Part shown: positions 9,932 to 19,873 of the stretch, piece after piece
How the letters are laid out: each line of letters begins with the position of its first letter
How positions within the stretch are numbered: position 1 is the first letter of the stretch
DNA from: Acidobacteriota bacterium
GTDB taxonomy: Bacteria; Acidobacteriota; UBA6911
DNA: 64,000 nucleotides
NCBI GenBank assembly: GCA_963664705.1
Contig: OY761556.1
Location: 1,600,001-1,664,000, forward strand
Reading direction: 5' to 3'
Position numbers and translations under genes: made by a program
Notes under the pieces: model-generated
Seen by the model: the letters and a program-made list of their open reading frames with translations, nothing else
Told to the model about the DNA's origin: nothing
Databases searched by the model: none

Positions 9932-11860
9932 ATGGCAGCCGGTGCACTTAGCAAGGTCATCGAGGTTGACGATTCGAAATGTGTGAATTGTCATACATGC
10001 ATTTCAGTTTGCCCCGTTAAATATTGCAATGATGGCAGCGGCGATACGATCCGCCTGAATGATTCGACCTGCATCGGTTGTGGTGAGTGCCTGTCGGCCT
10101 GCACGCATGGTGCCCGGATGCCCAAAGACGACCTGCCCGCGTTCCTCGATGCTGCGAAGCGCCGTGAACGAATGGTCGCGATTGCCGCGCCTGCTGTGAT
10201 TTCATCATTTCCCAACCGACATCTCAACCTCAATGGCTGGCTCAAGACAATGGGTGTTGAGGCTGTGTTTGATGTGAGCTTCGGTGCCGAATTGACAATC
10301 CGTTCCTACCTGGAGCATCTGCAGAAGAACCAACCTAAATGCATCATTGCGCAGCCGTGCCCGGCGCTTGTCACTTACATCGAAATGTATCGGCCGGAAC
10401 TCCTCAAATACCTGGCGCCTGCAGATAGTCCGATGCTGCATGCACTGAAGATGATCGACCGCTTCTACCCGCAGTACAAAGGTTACCGAAAACTGATCAT
10501 ATCGCCGTGCGTCGCCAAGAAGCGCGAATTCGATGAGGTCGGAATCGGTGATTATAATGTCACGATGTTGGCGCTGCAGGAGCACTTTGATGCTGCGCGG
10601 ATCGACCTGGGGTCATTCTCCGCGATCGATTATGCAAACCCGCCGGCTGAGCGGGCAGTCCTGTTCTCGACACCGGGCGGTCTGCAGCGAACGGCGGAAC
10701 GCTGGAATCCAAAACTGCGAAATGCCATCCGGAAGATTGAGGGGCCACACACGGTCTACCACTACCTCGACCATTTGGACGAGATGGTTCGCCAGGGCAA
10801 GGCGCCCGTCGTCATTGATTGTCTGAATTGCGAGATGGGGTGCAATGGCGGGACTGGCACCGGCCTTCGCTCCAAGTCGCCCGACGAGGTCGAATTCCAC
10901 GTGGAGGAGCGCAATAAAAAGATGCAGGCGCTTCACAAAAAACGCGGAATGATGAGTGTCCGTTCGACCAAGAACACGATTGAAGCGCTTGTCAACAAAT
11001 ACTGGGAGCCGGGACTCTACGACAGAAAATACGTACAACGATCGGATGCCTTCAGGATAAAGGTTCCAAACCAGGTTGAGCTCAGGAAAGTATATGAGCT
11101 GATGGGCAAATATGGAGAGGAACACCTGTACAATTGTTCATCGTGCGGCTACAACTCCTGCGAGAAGATGGCGACGGCCATTTTCAATGGGCTGAACAAG
11201 GCGGAAAACTGTCATCACTTCCTCAAAAGCGAGCACGAAAAAATTGTCGCGAGAACAGAGTTGGCTGTGAAGGAACGCACGGCCGATCTCGAGGATGTAT
11301 TCCAACGGCAGAAGACCATGACGGAAAACCTCGGCGAGCGGCTGGGCATGGTTGCCAGCGCGGCTGAGGAAATGACTGCGACGATCAGTGAAATTGCGAG
11401 CAACTCCGAGCGGGCTCGGGGTATTACCGGCGGGGCAGTGGATGAGGCCGGCTCGGTGTCCGCGTTGGTGAAGGAGTTGAGTGCTGCTGCGACCCAGATT
11501 GGCCAGGTAACAGAAGCTATCTCGGAGATCTCCGCGCAAACAAATCTCCTGGCTTTGAATGCCACCATCGAGGCAGCGCGAGCCGGAGCCGCGGGGAAAG
11601 GATTTTCGGTGGTAGCCAGCGAAATCAAAGACCTGGCGACACAGACATCCACGGCGGCACAGGATATCAAGAATCGCATAGCCGGAATTCAAACCTCTAC
11701 TCGGGACGTGATGGGTGGGATTGAAGGAATTAACCATGCCATTTTTGATATCAATTCGGTTGTAAGCTCGATTTCCGACGCTATCCAGCAGCAGTCGACC
11801 GCTACCAAGAGCATTGCCGAAAACATCACCGAGGCTTCGCATGAGGTCAAGAGGATCTAG
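9932..11860 (+). CDS. Soluble [FeFe]-hydrogenase-like sensor fused to a methyl-accepting chemotaxis domain (group C sensory type)
   Basis: Two ferredoxin motifs ([23 protein letters not shown]), H-cluster-like motifs [14 protein letters not shown] and [11 protein letters not shown], FeS domain CSSCGYNSC, and MCP signature [17 protein letters not shown]; no TM helix. Confidence 0.88.
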   Translation: MAAGALSKVIEVDDSKCVNCHTCISVCPVKYCNDGSGDTIRLNDSTCIGCGECLSACTHGARMPKDDLPAFLDAAKRRERMVAIAAPAVISSFPNRHLNLNGWLKTMGVEAVFDVSFGAELTIRSYLEHLQKNQPKCIIAQPCPALVTYIEMYRPELLKYLAPADSPMLHALKMIDRFYPQYKGYRKLIISPCVAKKREFDEVGIGDYNVTMLALQEHFDAARIDLGSFSAIDYANPPAERAVLFSTPGGLQRTAERWNPKLRNAIRKIEGPHTVYHYLDHLDEMVRQGKAPVVIDCLNCEMGCNGGTGTGLRSKSPDEVEFHVEERNKKMQALHKKRGMMSVRSTKNTIEALVNKYWEPGLYDRKYVQRSDAFRIKVPNQVELRKVYELMGKYGEEHLYNCSSCGYNSCEKMATAIFNGLNKAENCHHFLKSEHEKIVARTELAVKERTADLEDVFQRQKTMTENLGERLGMVASAAEEMTATISEIASNSERARGITGGAVDEAGSVSALVKELSAAATQIGQVTEAISEISAQTNLLALNATIEAARAGAAGKGFSVVASEIKDLATQTSTAAQDIKNRIAGIQTSTRDVMGGIEGINHAIFDINSVVSSISDAIQQQSTATKSIAENITEASHEVKRI

Positions 11861-12112
11861 CAGCCTTCCGTTGTGTATAGGATCCGATTTCGATGTGGTC
11901 CCGATTGACAGCGGCGTCCATTGGAGGTATGGAATATGGATGCACTTACCACACCCAGGATCCCGTAGCCGATAGATAACGTTCCGGTCCAAATCCCTCG
12001 TTCCGCTTTCCGCGCCATTAGGAAAACAAAGCGCGGCTAATTCCCACGTTGCGCGGCAAACCTGCAAGCAAAACCGCATTACGAAACGACCACTCTAACA
12101 GGAGGGAAGACC

Positions 12113-12886
12113 ATGTATCCTGATCGCTTTGCCCATGGATTAAGAATAGGATTCTGGCTGTTGCTGCTGATTACCGCATGGGTCAGTTTTGGAATGGCAC
12201 AAACCGCAGCTCAAACACCCCAGGCCTCCCGGATGACCGAACTGGATATAAGGAGCGGGATGGGACCGGAGTTTGAGAAGTTTTTGAAAACTGATTTTGT
12301 TCCCGCGTTGAAAAAGGCCGGAGTAAAGGACCTTAGCGTATTTAAGACGGCGGTCTTTGGACCGGCAAACCGATACATATTGACTTCACCCATAACGGGC
12401 CTGTCGGAACTGGATAACCCGAATCCCCTCGTTAAGGCAATCGGGCAGGACGGCGTGAGCAATTTGATGGTCAAGATGCAACAATTCGCTGAAAGCGCGC
12501 GCAATGCAACGTTCGTAAGCGTGCCGAACCTGGCGATTGATCCTCCGGCCGGCTATGCCGGCACGATTGGCTTTGAAGTAAAGATGGCTATAGCTCCGGG
12601 CCACGATGTGGATTACTTCAAAAATGCAAAGGCAGCAATGGATGTGGTCCGGAAGACCAATGCCAAAGGCGCGTACGCGATACGCATGGGTCTGGGCGGC
12701 AATCCAAACGAATTTCGCATTCTTGTACTGCTTGATTCTTTCGCTGACATGGAAAAATTCGGACAGTCGTTCGGGAAGCTGGCGACCGAGGCCAAGCTTG
12801 CTCCTATGACGGATGTCGTAACGCATGTCGAATATGCCATCTTCCGGTATCTCCCGGAGTTGAGCATTGCCGCCCCTGCTCAATAG
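12113..12886 (+). CDS. Exported hypothetical protein, two tandem alpha/beta (NIPSNAP-like) domains
   Basis: GGAGG RBS, signal peptide, and two similar ~110-aa halves (IRSGMGPEFEK / IAPGHDVDYFK). Confidence 0.65.
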   Translation: MYPDRFAHGLRIGFWLLLLITAWVSFGMAQTAAQTPQASRMTELDIRSGMGPEFEKFLKTDFVPALKKAGVKDLSVFKTAVFGPANRYILTSPITGLSELDNPNPLVKAIGQDGVSNLMVKMQQFAESARNATFVSVPNLAIDPPAGYAGTIGFEVKMAIAPGHDVDYFKNAKAAMDVVRKTNAKGAYAIRMGLGGNPNEFRILVLLDSFADMEKFGQSFGKLATEAKLAPMTDVVTHVEYAIFRYLPELSIAAPAQ

Positions 12887-12904
12887 TTGCGGCTCGGGGC
12901 CTAC

Positions 12905-13230
12905 TGGGCGCCGCCGTCCCGGCGTCATCAACACTATTGAAGTGGCCACGCTCTTGCCGGCGAGACGGCTAGTGCCGCATATTATTTGTTCTACGCCCTG
13001 CGATGCGATTCCTTGCTGGGTCGAATCCAATCCAGCCCCGGCAGGGGCGATCAGCAAGTAGCCAGGGGTGAAGCGTAGCGAACCCCTGGTAAAGATAAGC
13101 GCTAGAAAGAGCCCTGAAAGGGCGAAAGATCGGCGCCTTCTGCCCCCCCTTCGGGGCTGTTGTTTCACTTGGGTCGCAGGGCCTGGAGCAAATAGTATAT
13201 GCGGCATAAGCCGGGACGGCGGCGCTCCCG
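12905..13230. repeat. Nested REP/MITE-like element
   Basis: Outer inverted pair GGGCGCCGCCGTCCCGGC / GCCGGGACGGCGGCGCTCCC; inner 13034-13158 unit bounded by AGCCCCG...CGGGGCT with hairpins CCAGGGG...CCCCTGG and GCCCTGAAAGGGC. Confidence 0.7.
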
Positions 13231-13233
13231 GTG

Positions 13234-14892
13234 CTAGCGCCAGTCGTCGATGCGTGTAGCCCCTCCCAGCATATTGCTTTTTCCCAGCATGAAGTCTGTC
13301 ACAAACCAGGTGGTCTGGATTCCACCTCCGGCCACAACAATATTGACTGAGGATGCCTGACTGAATGCCTTTGTCTTCTCCCCTGAAGGGTACTGAGTTT
13401 TTTCGACATTTTCTGCAAACCACTTGTTCAGCTGGTCTTTCGTTTTGAAACCCAGGCTGTCCTTGAGAAGCGCGGCAACAGATGGATCCATAATGACGGT
13501 GGCCGAACCCATGGTCAGCGCCTGCATTTCATCGGCCATCACCAAATGAGCGGGATGGTCGCGCACTGCCATCACTACACTGGAAATATAGGTCCAGCCG
13601 ACGCCCACGGTAATCACGCTCTCGTTTGGCTTAAACCCCATCTGCACATGTAGAGGCTGCCAGCCTTCGGGCAGGCCCTTCTCATTTTCCGCAATGCAGA
13701 CGTTGTTGTATTGCATGGTGCTTCCCAGGCTGCTCCAGGTCGTTTTTTCGCTGTGCAAACCTCCGATGGTTTTCGACATCAGAGTGTAGGCGCGGCCAAT
13801 AACCGCATTTGCTTCATTATGCGGCCCCATGACGTTGGTGCCGTAATTCATTCCTATTTCGTCGCGAATGGGCCCGTTGACCACAATAATGTTCGCCATA
13901 GAGGATGTGGAATTTCCAAACGGTATGTGGTTGGCCAGGGCGAGGATCACCGGCAGATACTCACGTTTGGCGCCGGCCATTACGGCGCAGGTTGCCACCC
14001 TTTCCACGGTAACTTCACGTTTGCCTCCCGGCCAATCCAAGGTCTTGATGACTTCCGTTGGCTTATGCGATGTGCCTTTCAGCATGTCCGCCACGCGTTC
14101 TTCAGTCGGGAGAACGATAGGAAGGTAGTCGGTCCAGTCCTGGTCCTTGAAGAAACGCTGCAGGTTCTCTTCTGTATCCGGCCCGAGGAATCTGGATTCG
14201 GATGGCGAGGGTTCCGGCGCTGGTCCTTTGTATTTTTCTCTCTCGGTCAGTGGGAGGGTCAGTGCGTCGATGAAAGCCTGCATCATCGGTTTTCCGCTTA
14301 CAACGTCCCTGGCCTCAAATACATATTTGTGGTGAACCGATTGCGGCTGCCCGGCCACCGGGAACGGAAACGAAATAAATCGGATGGGTGATCCGTTGGT
14401 ATACAGGAAGTCGTGCCCCTGGGCATATTTGATGATGTTGGATGCTGCGCCTCCGACGGTGGGGATGTGAAAGTTTTGTTCCAGGGTTTTGCAGTTTCGG
14501 CTCACGGCCGATGTGCAGCTGTCTCAACCCGATATTCCGATCATGGCTGCCTGGCCTTTCTCTGAGATTTCCTTCCAGAGTTCGGGCTGATCCTGCATGT
14601 AGGAGCCCTTGATGGTTCGGATCTCCACTTTCACGCTCGGCATATTCTGGGCAAACCAGGTCTTCATCTCCGCATAGATGCTGGGGGCTGCCTGGGGGCC
14701 TCCCCAGCCGATATCCACGAGATAGATGGTTTTTCCTTCCAGCGTACTGAGTCTCGGGGTTAGCGGAACTCGATCCACCATTCTATTCGGCGGCGTCGGA
14801 TTCAATACCCTCAATTTTTCCGCACAATATGCGGTGGAATATAAAGCGAGAAGAAGAATGACTGAGGCCGCGGGCCCTATCTTTTTTATCAA
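13234..14892 (-). CDS. UGSC-family selenoprotein (552 aa with Sec at TGA 14526-14524); joins ORFs 14524-14892 and 13234-14505
   Basis: The two ORFs are in frame across one TGA: ATA TCG GGT TGA GAC AGC TGC ACA = I-S-G-U-D-S-C-T (UxxC). C-terminal TDYLPIVLPTEERV and ANAVIGRA segments match this family. TTG start after GGAGGT. Confidence 0.85.
14490..14517 (-). promoter_or_regulatory. Candidate bacterial SECIS hairpin
   Basis: mRNA just 3' of UGA reads UGCA-CA-UCGGC-CGUGA-GCCGA-AAC-UGCA; the upper stem starts 12 nt after the UGA and has a G-containing loop. Confidence 0.65.
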
Positions 14893-15149
14893 ATTGCACC
14901 TCCGCTTTTAAGGCTGCTAATGCGTTAAAGGAATTGGAGTGGTTCCTGCCTGTCCTGGCGCAACTGTAGTGAATCCTGATCGTGAAATACAAGCGAAATG
15001 ATAGGGGTAATGAAGCAGTAAGACCGGCATGGCAAGGTATGGTGCAAAGAATCTGCTCATTCCTTTGCCGGGAAGACTGTGAAGGGAATCCTGGCGCCCC
15101 AAGCGCATCCGGGACGGTCGAAGTCCCAAATGCGCTTGGGTGGTATAGT

Positions 15150-16625
15150 CTATTTCATCGATTCGGAAGCAATTTGGTAATGGCGCCTTGACGGATCCTT
15201 TTGAAATTTATCCATGCAGTATTGGGAGCAGAAATAATAGGTCCGGCCTTGATAGGCGATTTTCCGATCCATGGCCTTTGCCGGGTCCACCTGCATGCCG
15301 CAAACAGGATCGGTGGCGCCTGCCGGTTCGGGCATCGGCTCCATGGCTGCGGCTCTGAGCCGGCTTTCCGAGTCGATCAGGAAATTGCCTGAAACAACGA
15401 TCTGTTCACCCGGCATCAACCCATTGGTAATTTCAATGAGATCTCCCATGCGCCATCCTGTCTCCACCCGTCGCGATTCAAAATGACCGTCGCCGCGAGA
15501 TACAAATACTGTTTTGCTGCGGCCCGTATCCAGAACGGCGACAGAAGGAATCGCAATGGTTGGAGGGTAGTGTACCGGGAGTTCCACATTCGCAAACATA
15601 TCGGGGCGAAGCCGGAATCCAGGATTATCGGCTTCGAGTCGGACTTTCAAAGTCCTGGTAATCGGATCGAATTGCGGAAGGATATTCGTTACCCTGGCGC
15701 TGACGCTCGTGCCCTGATTCGGAAGATATATTTTGACAATTTCTCCCGGCCGCAGGTGTCTTTCCTCGTTTTCAAATATATCCACAAGGATCCATACGCG
15801 GCTCAGGTCGGAAATGCGATACAGCTCATCCCCTTTGTTGAAGCGCTGGCCGTCGCTCACCTTGCGGGTCAGGATGAAACCTTCTGCCGGGGAGGTGATC
15901 TCTACCTTTTCCTCGAACTGGCGGGTGTCCGCGATCTGCTGGATCTGCCGCGCCCCCATCCCGAGATTGCGCAGAGCGGCCTTGTACTGCTGCAATGTTT
16001 GATTGAATTGAGCGATCTGGTCTTTTTGAACAGGATTCTCCTTTCCCGTCGTTTGAATCCGGTCCATGGAACTGAGGCCGTAAAGGAGGGACTGTACGCC
16101 GGCGAGAAATTCAGGGCTGAAAAACGTTGCCAGGACTTCGTTCTTGCGCACAAAGCTGCCGGTTGAATTGGGCATCGTGGAGGTGATCCAACCATCCACG
16201 GTGGCGTTAATCACATAGGTTCGAGTCTCATCCGGAGCAACGCGGCCTACGGCCCGCAGTGTGTTGGTGCCGCTGGATCGCTCGACCGTTGCCAGGCGAA
16301 CGCCAATGAGCTGCTGTTTTGCCAGGCTGATATGAAGGGCAGGCGGATCCAGTTCTTTGCCGTCATTGGCAACCGGATTATCCTCCGAATCATCCTTTTC
16401 CATGGGCACGAGACGCATGCCGCAGGATGGACAATCGCCGGCCTTGTCGGAAGTGTATTGCGGATGCATGGGGCAGGCGTAGCGGAGCATTTTTTGCCCA
16501 ACCGAAGCGGACACAGCTTCTCCACTGTTTTTACTCCTGTACCAAACTCCTGCATAAAATGCAGCCATGACAATTAGGACCAGAATTGCTATTTTTGCGG
16601 CTTTCATTGCAGCTCCTGCTGACAA
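15150..16625 (-). CDS. CusB-like heavy-metal efflux RND periplasmic adaptor with HMBD and YHS domains
   Basis: YACPMHP...CPSCGMRL, LRPDMF, GNFLIDSES, and C-terminal YHS TDPVCGM...YYFCS. Confidence 0.9.
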   Translation of the reverse strand: MSAGAAMKAAKIAILVLIVMAAFYAGVWYRSKNSGEAVSASVGQKMLRYACPMHPQYTSDKAGDCPSCGMRLVPMEKDDSEDNPVANDGKELDPPALHISLAKQQLIGVRLATVERSSGTNTLRAVGRVAPDETRTYVINATVDGWITSTMPNSTGSFVRKNEVLATFFSPEFLAGVQSLLYGLSSMDRIQTTGKENPVQKDQIAQFNQTLQQYKAALRNLGMGARQIQQIADTRQFEEKVEITSPAEGFILTRKVSDGQRFNKGDELYRISDLSRVWILVDIFENEERHLRPGEIVKIYLPNQGTSVSARVTNILPQFDPITRTLKVRLEADNPGFRLRPDMFANVELPVHYPPTIAIPSVAVLDTGRSKTVFVSRGDGHFESRRVETGWRMGDLIEITNGLMPGEQIVVSGNFLIDSESRLRAAAMEPMPEPAGATDPVCGMQVDPAKAMDRKIAYQGRTYYFCSQYCMDKFQKDPSRRHYQIASESMK

Positions 16626-16711
16626 ATCGGTTGGGGGATCCCTTCACCAGCAATCTGTCCCGGAGATCTGCGAGTCGGGACAGATTGGGTGAGGGGAAAA
16701 AGATGGCCAAG

Positions 16712-18796
16712 CTATTTCACAATCAATGGCCGCATCATGTCATGCTCCTCATGTTCCAGGATATGGCAATGATAGACATACTCATGCCCGCCTGTTCTCG
16801 GGCTTTGAGGTACGACAAAGGGAACGGCAGGCAGGTCGAATTTTGCAATCACCGTGATGACTTCACCAGGATTCATCTTGATGGTTTCCTTCCAGCCCAC
16901 TTCATCCGGTTCCGGGCCACGGGCCGCACCGCTGGGTGTCAGCACACCGCTTACCTGTTTGAACGGTTGACGAGAGAGCACCTGCATGTTGACCAGGTGG
17001 AAGTGGATCGGATGCGTATCGGCCGTTAGATTGAAAATCCGCCACGCCTCGGTACTTCCGGCTGCCACAACTTCCGTCGGCGGATCGGCATAGGGAATCC
17101 CGAATCCAAAAGCAGTTGGTGCCATAGTTCCGATCATTTGGATGAGACGACCGTAGGAATCAAACGCTTCATTCAATGTCAGCTGTCTGGTTGGAATACC
17201 AGCCGGAACGGCAAGCGGAGGAATGGGCGCCACTGTTGTGGTATAGGGTACCAGCGGCTGCGGATCGAGATTCAGCGGATTCAGAATCGGGCCTGCCGGC
17301 TGTGGATCAGGCGTTATCGCCGGAACGACCTTGATCCGGACCACATTCCGAGTATCCGGCCCCGTGCTCGGCAATGGCTGGATGGGATTGTGAGCATTGC
17401 CCAGATAGTAATCGTTGGTGGGAGCCCCACCGGGGAATGGAGCCGGGGCATCGTTGTAAAGCATGAACTCCTGGCCAGCCTTGCCGGTGAAATCAATAAT
17501 GATGTCGGCTCTTTCTGCCGGCGCCATCAACAGGTTTCCGGTGAAGGTCGCGGGGTTCGCCGGCAAGCCGTTTGGATGGGTTGTTTCGGTCAGCAGGAAT
17601 CCTGCTTCATTTCCGATGTGGATGATCTGCGGTCCTATCGGTGTACCCTTGGCGGCAAATCCGGTTTGAGGATCCGTGACGACATCCGCCCCTGTGGCTA
17701 CCCGGAACAGGTTGAGGTTCAGAACGCGCGCATTACAGGCATTGAGGAGCAGGAATCGATAGCGCTTGGCCTCAACTGTGATCAATGGGTACACGGTCCC
17801 GTTTGTCAGCATCGTGTCACCATAGAATTCGGGGATGCAGGAGGGATCCGGAGGTGTAATTGTCTTCTTGCCGTTAAATAAACGATATAGCCTTGGATCA
17901 TAAATATGCGCATACCACAGACTGCCGATTCCTTGGACGCCGGGTTTCATAATGGTCGCCCAGGAGGGATCCGTAACAGGCGTTGTTGCGCTGACAAAGA
18001 TCTTGTCCTGGAAGACAAGCGGGATGGTGCTGGCCATACCAGGGATTTTGCCCGCCGCTACATAGGCATCGTTGACCGCATCAAGGATAAGATAAGCGGT
18101 GGCAATTCCGGCATAGGCATTGGTGCGTGTTATGCCATGGGCATGGTCGTGATACCACAAAAGCCGGGCACTCTGGTTGTTCGGATAGAAATAATCGGCT
18201 TGTCCAGGGACCATCGGCTGCAGCGTGATATTGTCAAAAACGCTTTTGGGGCCATTGGAGAAGCTGGGGCCTCCCAGGCCGTTCGGATCAAACCATTCAA
18301 AGGGACCTCCATCACTGAGCCAGGGTACAAATCCGCCATGAATATGGGTCGCGATGCGATTGGTGGACAATCCATCGCTGGGCATGAGCTGAGTGGCATC
18401 AACCGGAATAATCGGCTGACTGGGAAGGGAATTGGTGAAACGAATTCTAGATGCCGTGCCGCGCCTGGCGAGAATAAAGCCGCCCAGGTGGGTTTTGACG
18501 GGGTTGGTTGTATCCCAATAACCCCATAGCCTTGTGGGGGGAAGTGAAGGATGCAACTGGTCTGTGAATTCGCCAACGGTAACCTGATAATAGCTGGTGC
18601 CGGGGAATACTGGATCGGGGGCAGGATTCAGAATGGGAATTCCCCCGGGCCCAATGCCACGGAGCGGCTGGATCCACTTCGTCAGATTCCCGCTGTTTGC
18701 AAAGGCACAAGCTTCGCGGAGGGCAGCCCGATAAGCCAGAATGCCCGCTGTGCCAATTGCTGCGGTTTTTACAAAATCACGTCGTGTTAGGTGCAT
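16712..18796 (-). CDS. Tat-exported multicopper oxidase (CotA/bilirubin oxidase-like)
   Basis: Twin-arginine signal TRRDFVK; Cu motifs HIHG, WYHDH, HPIHFH, HCHILEHEEHDMM. Confidence 0.93.
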   Translation of the reverse strand: MHLTRRDFVKTAAIGTAGILAYRAALREACAFANSGNLTKWIQPLRGIGPGGIPILNPAPDPVFPGTSYYQVTVGEFTDQLHPSLPPTRLWGYWDTTNPVKTHLGGFILARRGTASRIRFTNSLPSQPIIPVDATQLMPSDGLSTNRIATHIHGGFVPWLSDGGPFEWFDPNGLGGPSFSNGPKSVFDNITLQPMVPGQADYFYPNNQSARLLWYHDHAHGITRTNAYAGIATAYLILDAVNDAYVAAGKIPGMASTIPLVFQDKIFVSATTPVTDPSWATIMKPGVQGIGSLWYAHIYDPRLYRLFNGKKTITPPDPSCIPEFYGDTMLTNGTVYPLITVEAKRYRFLLLNACNARVLNLNLFRVATGADVVTDPQTGFAAKGTPIGPQIIHIGNEAGFLLTETTHPNGLPANPATFTGNLLMAPAERADIIIDFTGKAGQEFMLYNDAPAPFPGGAPTNDYYLGNAHNPIQPLPSTGPDTRNVVRIKVVPAITPDPQPAGPILNPLNLDPQPLVPYTTTVAPIPPLAVPAGIPTRQLTLNEAFDSYGRLIQMIGTMAPTAFGFGIPYADPPTEVVAAGSTEAWRIFNLTADTHPIHFHLVNMQVLSRQPFKQVSGVLTPSGAARGPEPDEVGWKETIKMNPGEVITVIAKFDLPAVPFVVPQSPRTGGHEYVYHCHILEHEEHDMMRPLIVK

Positions 18797-18982
18797 AAAT
18801 AATGTCTCCCGGAGCGTCAGCCATCCATTTGGGACAGCTGGGCGATGAACTGCTGTAAGCTTGTGGATACTTTATAGGGGGGCGAGACCTATCTTGTAGC
18901 AATGGTTATATTTCAAAATTCGGCGCAATTCGATTACGCGGATTACTCAATTTGTACTGCGCATAATTACCCAGCAGGGCGC

Positions 18983-19085
18983 GGGGAGCGCCGCCGTTCC
19001 GGCTAATGCTGCAAAGGATTCCAGATTTCAGATTCCAAATTCCAGACCAAAGCTGAGGAGTATTCACTCGGAGCGCGGGCGTCCC
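18983..19085. repeat. Cluster of REP-like motif and heptamer tandem repeat (GATTCCA-like x4)
   Basis: GGGGAGCGCCGCCGTTCCGGCTAATGCTGC is a near reverse complement of 13201-13230; heptamers at 19017-19044; GGAGCGCGGGCGTCCC near 19070. Confidence 0.6.
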
Positions 19086-19129
19086 TGTGGCATCAGCGCC
19101 ACAGAAGCGGCGAATGGATGTCGCCTCAG

Positions 19130-19846
19130 CTATTTTGAGCCTTGGTCCAATCCCGAGAGATGCAGGCGAAGGGGAGGGAGGAGGGAATAGAGGCTTATGG
19201 TGGCAATGATACCGGCGAGGCCGCCAATTCCGCCCCAGAACGCTCCCCATAGAATCTGATGATCGGGCATCGATTGCCAGAGGTTGATCAATGGAAACGC
19301 TACACCTTCATAAATTCCCAGGCACAGACTTAAAGGCAGCCAGCGTAGGCCTCTTAGCCGCATGGGTGCATCTGCAATCAGGGTGATGGAGGCAAACGGC
19401 ATCCATCGCGCGGCAATCGCATACATGGTTCCAATTACCAGCGTGGGAACCACGAGAGATACAAAACCCTTGGCTGCTCCGTCGGCCCAATAGTTTGCCA
19501 ACATGCTAACGGGAAGAATCCGTTGGACCGCAAAAATTCCGGCCAGAAAGAAGCCGCCCCAAAGTGAAGCCATCGCAATCGGGATCCGAATCAGCCGCTG
19601 CCCCTGGATATGGAAATGCATTCGAGGCAGGAAGCGATTTAAGATCAGGAGCAGACCCGCGGTGGCAACCATGCCAGCCAGCCAGCCATGCCAGGGAGCC
19701 TTGGGCGCTTCCGCGGATGCTCTGAGATGAAGAAGGACAACTAATGGTACGGCAAGAACTTCCAAGATCGGAATGATCCAGAATAAATGCGGCGAGATCG
19801 TGCTCAACTCAATTAAGAGATTATTATTTTGTATGCTTTTATCCAT
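19130..19846 (-). CDS. Hypothetical polytopic membrane protein
   Basis: About 6 hydrophobic segments; no recognisable motif. Confidence 0.55.
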   Translation of the reverse strand: MDKSIQNNNLLIELSTISPHLFWIIPILEVLAVPLVVLLHLRASAEAPKAPWHGWLAGMVATAGLLLILNRFLPRMHFHIQGQRLIRIPIAMASLWGGFFLAGIFAVQRILPVSMLANYWADGAAKGFVSLVVPTLVIGTMYAIAARWMPFASITLIADAPMRLRGLRWLPLSLCLGIYEGVAFPLINLWQSMPDHQILWGAFWGGIGGLAGIIATISLYSLLPPLRLHLSGLDQGSK

Positions 19847-19873
19847 TGTGTTCCTGTGTATAATGCGCGCGCT

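Noticed and set aside
12386-13423. 345-aa minus-strand ORF spanning the repeat element
   Set aside because: It overlaps two better-supported genes and reads through palindromic repeats, with no transposase motifs.
14524-14892. Stand-alone 122-aa protein
   Set aside because: It is better explained as the N-terminal part of a selenoprotein read through UGA.
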